Origin: Bugula neritina
Taxonomy: Eukaryota > Animalia > Bryozoa
Assembly (NCBI GenBank): GCA_964035545.1
Contig: OZ037772.1
Coordinates: forward strand, 2,976,001-3,040,000
DNA: 64,000 nt
Reading direction: 5' to 3'
Part shown: positions 1 through 12,800 of the stretch, one piece after another
How the letters are laid out: each line of letters starts with the position of its first letter
How positions within the stretch are numbered: position 1 is the first letter of the stretch
The notes under the pieces: model-generated
Database searches by the model: none
The model's input: the letters and a program-made list of their open reading frames with translations, nothing else
Told to the model about the DNA's origin: nothing
Position numbers and translations under genes: made by a program

Positions 1-2273
1 ATGTTATACAGTATACTATGTTATACAGTATACTATGTTATACAGTATACTATGTTATACAGTATACTATGTTATGCAGTATATTATGTTATACAGTATA
101 CTATGTTATACAGTATACTATGTTATACAGTATATTATGTTATACAGTATATTATGTTATACAGTATATTATGTTATACAGTATATTATGTTATACAGTA
201 TATTATGTTATACAGTATACTATGTTATACAGTATACTATGTTATACAGTATATTATGTTATACAGTATACTATGTTATACAGTATATTATGTTATATAG
301 TATACTATGTTATACAGTATATTATGTTATACATTATATTATGTTATACAGTATATTATGTTATACAGTATACTATGTTATACAGTATACTATGTTATAC
401 AGTATACTATGTTATACAGTATTTTATGTTATACAGTATACTATGTTATGCAGTATATTATGTTATACAGTATATTATGTTATACAGTATACTATGATAT
501 ACAGTATACTATGTTACACAGTATATTATGTTATACAGTATATTATGTTATGCAGTATACTAAGTTATACAGCATATTATGTTATACAGTATATTACGCT
601 ATACAGTATATTATGTTATACAGTATACTATGTCATACAGTATACTATGTTATACAGTATATTATGTTATATAGTATACTATGTTATACAGTATACTAAG
701 TTATACAGTATATTATGTTATACAGTATATTATGTTATACAGTATACTATGTTATACAGTATACTATGTTATACAGTATACTATGTTATACAGTATTTTA
801 TGTTATACAGTATACTATGTTATGCAGTATATTATGTTATACAGTATATTATGTTATACAGTATACTATGATATACAGTATACTATGTTACACAGTATAT
901 TATGTTATACAGTATATTATGTTATGCAGTATACTAAGTTATACAGCATATTATGTTATACAGTATATTACGCTATACAGTATATTATGTTATACAGTAT
1001 ACTATGTCATACAGTATACTATGTTATGCAGTATATTATGTTATACAGTATACTATGTTATACAGTATATTATGTTATACAGTATATTATGTTATACAGT
1101 ATACTATGTTATGCAGTATATTATGTTATACAGTATATTATGTTATACAGTAAACTATGTTATACAGTATAATATGTTACACAGTATACTATGTTACACA
1201 GTATATTATGTTATACAGTATATTATGTTATACAGTATACTAAGTTATACAGCATATTATGTTATACAGTATATTATGTTATACAGTATATTATGTTATA
1301 CAGTATACTATGTTATGCAGTATATTATGTTATACAGTATATTATGTTATACAGTAAACTATGTTATACAGTATACTATGTTATACAGTATACTATGTTA
1401 TACAGTATACTATGTTATACAGTATATTATGTTATACAGTATATTATGTTATACAGTATACTATGTTATACAGTATATTATGTTATACAATATAGTTTGT
1501 CATACAGTATACTATGTTATACAGTATACTATGTTATACATTATATTATGTTATACAGTATATTATGTTATACAGTATATTATGTTATACAGTATACTAT
1601 GTTATACAGCATATTATGTTATACAGTATATTATGTTATACAGTATATTATGTTATACAGTATACTATGTTATACAGTATATTATGTTATACAGTAAACT
1701 ATGTTATACAGTATAATATGTTACACAGTATACTATGTTACACAGTATATTATGTTATACAGTATATTATGTTATACAGTATACTAAGTTATACAGCATA
1801 TTATGTTATACAGTATATTATGTTATACAGTATATTATGTTATACAGTATACTATGTTATGCAGTATATTATGTTATACAGTATATTATGTTATACAGTA
1901 AACTATGTTATACAGTATATTATGTTATACAGTATATTATGTTATACAGTATATTATGTTATACAGTATACTATGTTATACAGTATATTATGTTATACAT
2001 TATATTATGTTATACAGTATACTATGTTATACAGTATACTATGTTATACAGTATATTATGTTATACAGTATATTATGTTATACAGTATACTATGTTATAC
2101 AGTATATTATGTTATACAATATAGTATGTCATACAGTATACTATGTTATACAGTATACTATGTTATACATTATATTATGTTATACAGTATATTATGTTAT
2201 ACAGTATATATACTATGTTATACAGTATATTATGTTATACAGTATATTATGTTATACAGTATATTATGTTATA
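1..2273. repeat. 17-bp minisatellite array (TATGTTATACAGTATA[C/T])n, ~133 copies visible, runs off the left edge
   Basis: Tandem unit seen directly; explains all MLYSILCYTVYYVIQY ORFs. Confidence 0.97.
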
Positions 2274-2369
2274 TTAATCAACATACAAATGAGATGCTCT
2301 TGTCAGTCTATTATTATACACTGGAACTGGGTTACTCTCTCACCTCCCCTCACCTTAGCTCAGCTAGAC

Positions 2370-3468
2370 CAGTGCTTCCCAAGTGATGAATTTGGGCTTT
2401 TTTAGGGAAGATTTTTTTTTCTAAAAATTTCTAAGTTTGTTACCAGCCCTTTGAGCTCTTGCCTTGTTTTCAATATTACATGTACTGCATATGTATAACT
2501 ATAACTACTTCATTTTATGTAGTTCATTTATTTATCTACACTACACTCTACAATCTAAGTTTACTTCTACATTCATGTGTCTAATATTCACTCTACTCTA
2601 GCTGCTACCCCTCCTACTACGAATGAAGGTTCAGAAGTTTGAATTGGAAGCAAAACCAACAGGAAGTTTAAGCAGCAATGCAAGCTCATTTCTATAAACT
2701 ATACACACTGCATACATACAGTGGATATATTTCCTGTGTTCCAGTACAATCATCACATCATCACTCTTCATTATAGCTGCATCAATCCTTTCAAAGCTGA
2801 ACTCAAGTTGTGACCTTGACATAATTCTATGATACAACTATCCTCACACTCAATAAATTTTTAGAAAAAGAACCTGTTCCAGAGATATCTTTCAAAAAGC
2901 ATTTCTGCGAATATATTTGAACTTTTAACATTATTTGACAGTATTTCCCTGAGCTACCTTCATAAGAGAGTTACACGAGAGTGTCATTTAGCTGGTTTAC
3001 AGTGAAGGATGATTTGATGAGTTCTGTGTTTCCACAAGCAAACTCTACCCACACATTGCTGATAATACTTTAACAGTTTTAGTGCCATTCAGCACCACCT
3101 TTTTATATAAGATAGGATTCCTTCAATTAATATGCTAATGGTTAGGAATCAGCAAATAAACTGCCTTGACCTGCAAAGTGACCTACAATGTACAGCTTGT
3201 CAAAACCCAAGTCAAACTTAAGCAAGCTGCAGCACAAATTCACCAGCTGCAGCCATCATATTAATAATTGAACTGCTCTGTGCTTTTTACATGCATAATA
3301 TAATAATCATAATCTTATATTATAATCAAATATACTAGAACAAATATAGACTTCTATAGTATATTATGCCTATCATTCATAAATTTCACTTTTAGAAAGA
3401 GGGGAACCTAATAGTATAAACAGTTATGGAAGGGGAGATGGTGGTATGAAGAAGGTTTGGAACCACTG
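2370..3468 (-). mobile_element. Non-autonomous hAT (Charlie-like) DNA transposon, copy 1
   Basis: Termini CAGTGCTTCCCAA (2370) and TTTGGAACCACTG (3468); 8-bp flanks AGCTAGAC/AGCTAGAG (1 mismatch); termini and internal blocks (e.g. 2770-2810) are the reverse complement of the element at 9906-11288. Confidence 0.8.
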
Positions 3469-3859
3469 AGCTAGAGGAACCACCATACCTCTACCATAGC
3501 ATCACATCCCTCTGCCATCTTGATTGCAGCCTGCCAGTTAAGAAAATTCAAGATTAATCAGATGTTCAGTGATGTCGCTGAATATGCTAGTACTAAACAG
3601 CTCAACTTAAACATAATAAAAATATTTTACATAATGAAAGTACAAACAAAAAGATGCAAGTGCTAGCTGACACTCAAGACTACTAATAAGAGACAAAGTC
3701 CTTGTAAAGATTTTGCTACTAAAAAGGACATAGATGTTATCGGTATTTTTGTAATTTGAAAATATACAGGACCGGAATTGGATATTCTAAAATAGCTCAA
3801 TTGAAAAACATGCACACCTGGTGCCCTGGATAATTTTTCAGATTTCAACCTTAGAGTTG

Positions 3860-4088
3860 TCTCTCTTCGACGCTAAAATATAGCGCTCCGCTCAATGAAT
3901 GCAACATTTCTTTCACGTGATTATTATAGAGCCGACCTTTGTACTTGAGTGACGTGTAATAATCCTTCTGCGCGCAGAACTTCCTCGTTATTTTTGGTTT
4001 TATTCAATACTGATATTGTGCCTTTTCTCAGTTACTAGCTACCAAGTTTCTTACCAGTTTACAGACTGACACTATTGACTCTCGTGAG
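3860..4088 (+). promoter_or_regulatory. Putative promoter and non-coding first exon of the TRIM gene
   Basis: Local CpG cluster (CACGTG, TGACGT, GCGCGC) in CpG-poor DNA, ending in a donor-like GAG|GTGAGA at 4088/4089; the TRIM coding exon has an acceptor at 6840/6841, upstream of its ATG. Confidence 0.45.
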
Positions 4089-4185
4089 GTGAGAACAGTT
4101 CGAGTCATCTCATCATTTCTCAAATTAATCAGGTACCCGTACTTTAATACTTGCAGTTAGATTTACTATTTTAGTATTTACTATT

Positions 4186-4877
4186 GTCTTGTCTTGTCTT
4201 GTCTTGATTTAGTTCCAAGACCCCAAATAGGGGAAAGGTGGAACTATCGGATGTTCAGGTCTTTTTTTTATTAGTCTGCTAGTGTTTCTCCCGTGCGTAG
4301 TTCACGGGCTGTTCTAATGAGGAAGCTATGCAGGAAATTATTAGTATTACAGGATATTGAATTAAAAGAGTTACTGTCCCCAATATTGGTATTACGGAGA
4401 GATTTCATGGAGTTAAGAGTGTTAATTAGGTTAGGGAAGAATGCTTCATGCTGCAACACTTTGAAGAATAGCGTGAATCTGTGTTCTTGTCTGGATTTAT
4501 TTAAAGCCTTTAAGTTTAACTCCGCCTTGGATTCGGTCACTGAGACATCCCAGCCTTTTAAGTTTTTTACAAAACGTACTGCCTTGTTTTGAACTTTCTC
4601 TAGATTGTTGCTTAGCATGAGATGTGCAGGATCCCAAATTTCGCAGGCATACTCTAGAAGCGGTCTACACAGGGTAGTGTATGCTATGAGCTTAACTTTA
4701 ACTGGAGCATCATAGAGTACATTTTTGATTAATCCTAAAATACGCATTGCTTTATTGACTACTGAGTTTATGTGATAATCCCACTTTAGATCATGTACCA
4801 AATAGATTCCTAGGTATTTTACACAGCTACTTTGTACTAATTGTTCGTTGCTCAAATAATAAGTGTGCGTTATAGTA
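4186..4877 (-). mobile_element. 5'-truncated non-LTR retrotransposon (CR1/L2-like), RT C-terminal portion plus 3' tail
   Basis: ORF 4271..4855(-) has VKYLGI..DLKWDYHIN..AYTTLCRPLLEYACEIWDP..LEKVQNKAVRFV, typical of the LINE ORF2 C-terminus; 3' tandem tail (AAGAC)4 at 4186-4205; possible TSD TTACTATT at 4178-4185 and 4878-4885. Confidence 0.88.
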
Positions 4878-4879
4878 TT

Positions 4880-5820
4880 ACTATTAGTATTAGTATTAGT
4901 ATAAGTATTAGTATTTAGTATTTTACTATTTTAATTCTAGATTTACTTTTACTTTTAGTTTTAGTTTGGCTTTTAGCCTTTAGGCTTTAGGTTTAAGTCT
5001 AGGCTTATAACTTATATAATATCAATATAAGATTAAGCTTAAGACTAAGTTATATTTAAATTATAAGATTAAGTTATATAAATTAAAACTCTTACAGTTA
5101 TGAGTTAAACTTAATGTTATAATGTTAATTAAATATAATTGTTTCTCTTTGAGTTTTTGATTTGAAATTTACAATAGACATAGTAATACTATAGCCCATA
5201 GGCATATGATCAATAATTAATTAATTATAATGATTTATCGAATAATATAAATTATAAATATGAATATCGTATTAATGATATTAAATTTATTATTATTATA
5301 AGAAATTTAATCGACTTCAAGTTTAGGTTCAAGTTTTAATACTGAAAAATTGATCTACTAGTAGTAGTACTAGTACTACTACTGGTACTACTACGTCTAC
5401 AGTAGTAGTAGTGGTAGTAGCCTACGATTACAGATTACTATTACGTACTATAAGTATTAGTCTATTAGTAATACATGTACTATTAGATTACTCTTAGTAT
5501 TGCTATTCGATTTACTGTTGGTATAACTATATAAGAATTGAGACTAGGTATTTCAGTTTCGCACTATTTTATTTATATAAATATTTGTATTAACTTTAAG
5601 TATTACTATTAGTAATCACAATTAGTATTGATATTGCATCTCCTATTAGGATTACTGCTATTACTATTAGTATTGTTGTATGAGTAATTACTAATTAGTA
5701 TTAGTAATTTTTACTCATTGCATTACATTTACTATAAGTATAACTATAAAGTGTAAGTTACTATTATTGCTCTACTATAACTATCAGTATTAGATTTAGT
5801 GTTGCAGTTGGTTTTACTGC
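4880..5820. repeat. Degenerate 6-bp-periodic AT-rich tract with ACT/AGT core (5355-5450)
   Basis: Runs such as TATTAGTATTAGTATAAGTATT and CTACTAGTAGTAGTACTAGTACTACTACT. Confidence 0.7.
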
Positions 5821-6863
5821 CAGGTCCCCTACCATCATTAAATTTATTTATAATGATAATCTTGGTGATTATCACCCAATATTGACTCATATGACTAGGT
5901 TAGCCACATTTATATGATCTACCATTGTTGTAAACATAAAAATATGAGGTTAGTGTTAATAAATCATTTGCAAGGTAAGAGTGTAGAATAAATAATTGGC
6001 TAGAGGTGAGTGTAGAAGCTGCCAACTCATGAAACAACTACACCTGACCTAACAGAAGCACAAACATGTTAAATTAGTATGTTTCACATCACCATAGTTT
6101 CTATTGGATGATTAGAATAGCAAACTAGCGGTTGATGGCTTTTTCCCTGGCTGGTGGAGGAGTGAATCTAAGTAACATATTAAATCATGCATCACCAACA
6201 CTGCGTAAATGTTGAAATGAATTTTGTCATTTAGATTATGGAGAAAACAAAGTATTTTCAACACCCAGCACAAAATATTTCATGAAACTATGTTTTCTCC
6301 CACTGCTATGTTTCCCCATATTTTGTGTCTTAGCGTGAGCCCACGCAATGTATCTAGCCCAAAAATGGGCAGGTAACATTGTAAAACTGGCTGATATCTT
6401 TGAATGAGGGGATAAGCAGCTGAGCCCAATTGTGCTGTTTGTTCATAAAAGTAATACATAACTCACTGGCATTCATGTTTCACTTCTCTATATATTAAAA
6501 ACACTTGAATAGTGGTGTTCAATAGAAGTAGAACAATAGTGTTCACTGAAGCACACAACATTGCTTCATATTTATTGTATATGGAGTTTGAGTCACCAGC
6601 AAAAACCTATTCAGTGATTACAATGGAAACAATAGAGCCTTTGTTAGAGAGTTAAAGCTGTGAGCTCAGCATGTTGTAGCTGACTATCATGTATACCAGT
6701 GTTATTACCTGCCTTTGTTTAACATTATTCTTCATGTCTTTATTTTGTATGGTTTATTGTTAATGGTTAAGTCTTTGATTTGGAAACCTTCACAGATGTA
6801 GTGTGAAATATTATGCTAAGAGTATGTGTATCTTTTACAGGATTTCCTTATTATATAACTAAG

Positions 6864-9800
6864 ATGGCAGAATCCAGAGTTGTGAAAAAAAGACTAAACA
6901 ATTCATATCGCTGTGGGTACTGCTCGCAGTACTTCAACAAACTTGAAGATCCCAGAACTCTGCCCTGTCTGCATGTGTACTGCATGAGATGTTTGAAGAC
7001 TGACATCGGTGGTAGGAAGGATCATATCAGATGTGCTTATTGTAGGTGAGTTACAGTACATAACACAATATATCATGTCATAGGCTTGCATATGATTTTC
7101 TCACTATCATCTAGGAGTTGTCTGATCTATGTCTATGAAAAGCAAACAATACTGTATATTCTATGTGAACTCTGGTTACTAACTTGTGGAGTGTGTGGAT
7201 ATCTTTTTATTAGGTAGAGAAAGTAACTGTTATGTAGATTGCACCATCACCTGTCCTCTCTTGTTGAATTGTGGTGCTGTTGGATGTCTCGGGATTGGGG
7301 TTGTCTCCTCATTATATTATTTATGACTGACATAATGATAATATAGATTACAATGCAATATTTTTCCTATTACATTTGAATATAATATAATTATTTCTGA
7401 TAATTATATTATGCATGTATAAAACACAGAGCAGTTCAATTATTAATATTATGGCTGCAGCTGATGACATTGTGTCAGCTTGCTTTCAAACCTCCCACCC
7501 CAACCCTTAAACCCCAACCCCAATATTGTAATTAAAACACATTCATGTAGAAGTAGACTGAGATGGCAGAATTGGTTAAATAGATAAGCTAAGATGAAGG
7601 CTTTTAGATATACATGTGCATGTAACTTGCAAGAGCTCAAAAGTCTTCAACAAACTGCTTGAAATTTTCAAAATCAAAATCCAGGCTCCCCCTAAAAAGC
7701 CCAAAATTCCCTCTTATAGGGGGATTCTCCCAAGTTGGGAACCACTAGGTTGAATTGACTTCTGTTTACTATCTTCTTTCCTGCAATTAGAAATATGTAT
7801 GATGTTGTCATGACAACACAGTTGCAGTGGCACAAAGTACAGTTTACTAGTATGTAGTGATTGTGTAGTGAGAGTGGAGTGTCTGGTTATTGTCCATGGT
7901 TATGTGTAATCTGTAAGGAGTAGAATTATATTATTTTAATATAATGTTGAGGTACTTTTATAATGGCAGTTTGCTAAATAGCTTTAGTTCTAATGCGATA
8001 GACTCATAGCTCTGGAGTCTAGCAGCTGCTACTATTACCAGTAGCTGTTCAAAATTCGACCAACATCCGGGCTGCCAAAGTGTAATAGCCATTGACAAGG
8101 CCAAGCAGTCACTGGGCAAATATTTGACTAAAGAGCAGGTCTTATGACAATTAGACAGGAATGAGTGATTCTGTGACCTATTTAGTTAAATCCAATGCTG
8201 ACCTTTTGATTGATTATTAGATAGCCATCACAATTTTATTTGGTACAATATAATATTATGGGGTGTCAATCAGTGTCTAATATAATCTGTGAATTGAGTG
8301 TCTACTTTAGTTGGTTACTTCTTCTACCACCAGTCAGTTGTATTAAGTGTTACTCTGTATTGAGTCATGAATAGTGTTGAGGATTTGGGCCTATATTATG
8401 CCAACCCCCCCTCTCTGACTTAGACTGAGACCCAACCTGCTGCACATACATAGCAGTACTACACTGAAGATAGTTAACATGTGTATGTGTCATCCTACTA
8501 GTAATGGATTACTAACTACAACTTATCCTACGACTCCCTCTTTTTATGCTAGCTGCACGAGATAGGCAACTCACACGTGACACGCACTCACAGTGCACTA
8601 GCTCTTGACACATTGCCAAGGATGATGAAATGAAAGTTTCGCGCCACTCCTAGCAGTTAGAGTGGCAGGGAATAGTTGTAGTATGTTGTAGTATTGGCTC
8701 CTCAGAATTCACTCCTCAGTAATTAGTTGCATTGCACAAACTTGCAACAATAGTGAATAATTATTGACAATAAGGCCTCCACTCAGTAGTTAACTAGTAA
8801 TTTATCTTGTAATTTTACTCTAGAAGTTACAGTTGAGTCTGTTTGTTGAGTAGCAGTTCTTTGTCATGAGTGACTATTTTCCAGCATATCAAGTACATAA
8901 TATAGTCAAGTGTGTTTGTGTGATAGCCTGTGGTCTATATAATGAATGTGTGTTGATGAGTGATGAGTATTTATTTGAGTATTTGTCAAAGACATAGCTG
9001 TGTGTGTGGATGGAGTATTTCATTACTTGAGATATACTAAACACAGCTAACACAGGTAACATACTGATTGCTATATATTGTAGGAAAGATCACTATGACA
9101 TCACAGATCCCACAACACTACCAGTAGCTCAGCATGGAGACCCCTTAGAATACAAGTCTCCACCCAAACCTGCACCCATTCCCTGCGATGTGTGTAAAGG
9201 TGGAACACAAGCTGCTGTGTTTTGTCTTGAGAGTCAAAAAAAATTGTGTCAGCAGCATCAAGAAGTGAGTCTTTCTTATGTCATTTCTCAAGATTAGTTA
9301 CTAAACCAGTTCTGGTTTGTATGTAGAATATTATTGAAAAGAAATGTTGAGTCTGTGTGACTTTTTATACTAAACACACAGTTTCACAGTGCAGTGAGTC
9401 AACTATGACAGACTTGTTGGTGAAAATACAACCAACTAAACTGTTGACCTTCATTATACAGAATCACAGAGAGCTGATGGGAGATAGACATCAGTTTATT
9501 GACATTGAGGTCTACAGAGCTTCTCCCCAAAGATATACTATAACTGAATGTGAACATCATAAACAGGAACAGCTGACAGAAGTGTGTTCCAAGTGTCACC
9601 AGATATTCTGTATGAGATGTGATATGAGGACTGGCTGTAAGGATAAGACAGGTATTTACTTGCTGTTTCTATTTCTGTAGAAAGAAACTGAGAAATATTA
9701 CAAGAACCTGTTATTTATTATTTTATTATTAAAGTGAGTTATGTAACAGTAAAAGAGGAAGTAAGTTTGTCAGCATTAAGGTTTGTGTGAGACAGAAGTG

Positions 9801-12800
9801 GATAGTGCAGGAGTTTATATTCTCACTGTTATGTTGAATATTTAGTATATTTCATCCTTCAAGTGTCTGTTTCATTGATAAGATGGTATAGGCATAGCTT
9901 TAACTCAGTGGTGTCCCACCTTTTTCATACCATCCCCCTTTTTATAAATATTTTCTTTTAAAGGATTGCTCTATCTTGTCTAATAAATGGCCATTTAGGT
10001 CAAACACACATAATATTGTGTTTTTCTAAGCATGCATTGACAAAAAGCATTTGACCAAAGGTAGAAAAAGTTAGTTGAAGTTGAGGGTGTAGATTGGTAA
10101 CAGCCAAAACCCGATTTTGAAATGAGCTGGGAACTGTGACGTAACAGCGCCAGCATTCCTGCTGGTCACGTGACTATACAAATGAATAACTATAGAAATA
10201 TGACTGTGAGATGTGATCTTTCAGCTCGTAATTTGTATATTTATAGAAGTGCAAATGTGAATTATCTCAATCTATAGTTTTTTGACATGTTAAATAACAT
10301 GTATGTGATAACATTAGGCCATATTTTGCTTGTAAGCATAGAAAAAAGCATTGCAAAAACATGCATTCTTTAGGATGAATGCCTGCGATCGATCTAAACT
10401 AGGTCAAATTGTACAATATTACGGGCGCACCAAAGCTGACCTATATAGCGCACTGTAACTGCTTGAGCGTTATTGGTTGATGTTGCGCTCAGCAACCTTG
10501 AATACTAGCGTTATAGTTAGCCCGTGCAGCATAGTTACTGGCGTTCACACTTCACGTATTAGGCTATTCTTTTTCATGGCTGAAAATTTTACCTCCCTCA
10601 AAATTGGAATTTTGAAAAGCTGTTTTCTAGGCATATATCCCTTTGCAAAGTCACAATTGTTTGCATACACATTAGATTATAGTTCATAATTATAATGTGA
10701 TTGTAATAAACTAAGATAGAGCAATCCTTTAAGTTTCCCCTTTTAAAAAATTGTAATTTCATTTATAAAGAAAATCTGGGACGGCTTGTTTTCCTAATAA
10801 TTCATTGAGTGTAGAAAAAAGCACTTTGTATTTGACATGGACCAGTGTCTGCCGCAACTTCAGTTCAGCTTTGAAAGCATTGATGCTGCTATTAAAAGCA
10901 ATGAGTTTATGATTATAATCATTCATTTTAGGTTCAAAGTTTTTAGTACAGCAAATATATCTACTAGGTATGCAATAAGTAGTTTATGGAGATCAGATTG
11001 ACTCACTGCAAAAACTTGCTGTTGGTTTTTACTTTCAAGAAACTTTTTAACCTCCATTCATAGTAGGAGGGGTAGCAGCTAGGGTAGAAAAGGAAAAGGC
11101 ACTTTGTGTTTGGCATGGACCAGTGTCTGCCACAACTTCAGTTTAGTTATAGTTATACATATACATGTAACCTGGAAAACAAGGCAAGAGCTCAAAGAGC
11201 TGGTAAACTGTGTGAATTTTTTAGAAATGAAACCCCTGAAAAACCCAAGTTCCCTGCAAGGGGAATCCCCCAAAGTTGGGAGCCACTGCTCTAACTTTTT
11301 CAATTATATTATTCCAAGTGCAGTGATTAATGAGCTAACCTGTGAAATATTTCTAGTCCAACCAACTGTCTAGTTATTACATAGTATGTGTATATAGTGA
11401 GACATCATCAACCTGTAGTTACAGGTAGTAGGTGTAGAATAAGTACAATGTCATATCTATAATAATGTTTTTATAAATAGTGTGATTTTATGTATACAGA
11501 GGGGACAGTAGCATTCCATGACTTGGCATCTTTGAGTGATTTGTCTTGTGAGTTACGAGAAAGTCTGGCTGGTGGAATAGAGACTCTGTCTGAGAAAGTT
11601 GCAGAGTTGAATGACATCTCAAAGGATGCCTGGAAAGAACTGAGTAAAGTAGAAGATGAAGTGAAGAAGATGGTTGCCAGAGTAAACGCTGTAGCTGATG
11701 CTCAGGTATGCTGATGTCATTTAGTGTATTTCTGTTTGTCTGAAATTAGGTTTTGCATTTGGTTTTTGAGTTGTAAATAGAAATGAATTTCATTTGCCAC
11801 TAGAATTAACTAACCATTAAAGCTTTATCATTCTGTGTACAAGTAGCAGAAGTCATTCATCACATGTTACTCAGTGCAGAGGAACCTGTTAATACAAATG
11901 ACTCACTCATCCTTCTGCAACTGTCAATCACTCACACAGAGGGGTTGGCAGTGTGAGTGATTGACAGGTGTCAGGAGGAGGAGACTAGTCACGTGATGTA
12001 CTAGCTCTCTGCTGTGTATAGAGTGTCACGTGACTGAGTCATTGTCCACTCAGTGGGTGATCTGTTAATTTCATTTCAAGTGCAGAGGTTGTGAGGTGCA
12101 GATGTGGTTACACTGTGTTACTTATTATTAGATAGAAGAGATTAGAAAGAGAGCTACAAACCTGAGGCTAGAAATATATGGATATTTGAAGAGCTGCACA
12201 CAGATAGTGGATAATTATAGAATAGAGCTGGCCTTGAGTAAGACAATGGGCAGACAGTCTCTGCTGGACACAGTACAACATGCAGTTGATAAGTTCAATG
12301 ATGCAGGGATTGTGAGAGACTACAAAGAGATGAGTGAGAAGATGGAAAAGGCTACAGATATTGGTGTAATAGAGAAGTGTGTACTTCCAGACAGCATCTT
12401 GGTACCAACATGTAGGTGGAGTCTATAAATAGTAACACTAACTATAAATAACTTTCTGCTTGTAATCAGTTAAATTGTTTTCACTGAATATTTAAATAGT
12501 AGAATAAGTAGATAGAGTTTATTTATTAGAGAATTGAGTTTTGTTCTACTCTCACATTATGAGACATTTCTGCAGTGTTTCAGAGTTTATGATGTATAAG
12601 TGAGCTGCTAAACTGTGTTATGCTGACTACCTGCTGTCAGTATTAACAAGATATTCTCACTTAGACCTGCGCATCACGTAGCAACTTGTAGTAACTGCAG
12701 ACTGCTTGTATTTATAACATCTTTTTATTTTAAATTTGAAAAGCTGTCCCCACCTCCTCAGGTGATGAGATTCTCAAGTTCTAGAATTGTTATTTTGTTG

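Noticed and set aside
1-2405. Many overlapping long ORFs (MLYSILCYTVYYVIQY..)
   Set aside because: Translations of a 17-bp satellite that is stop-free on the + strand; all three frames give the same cyclic peptide.
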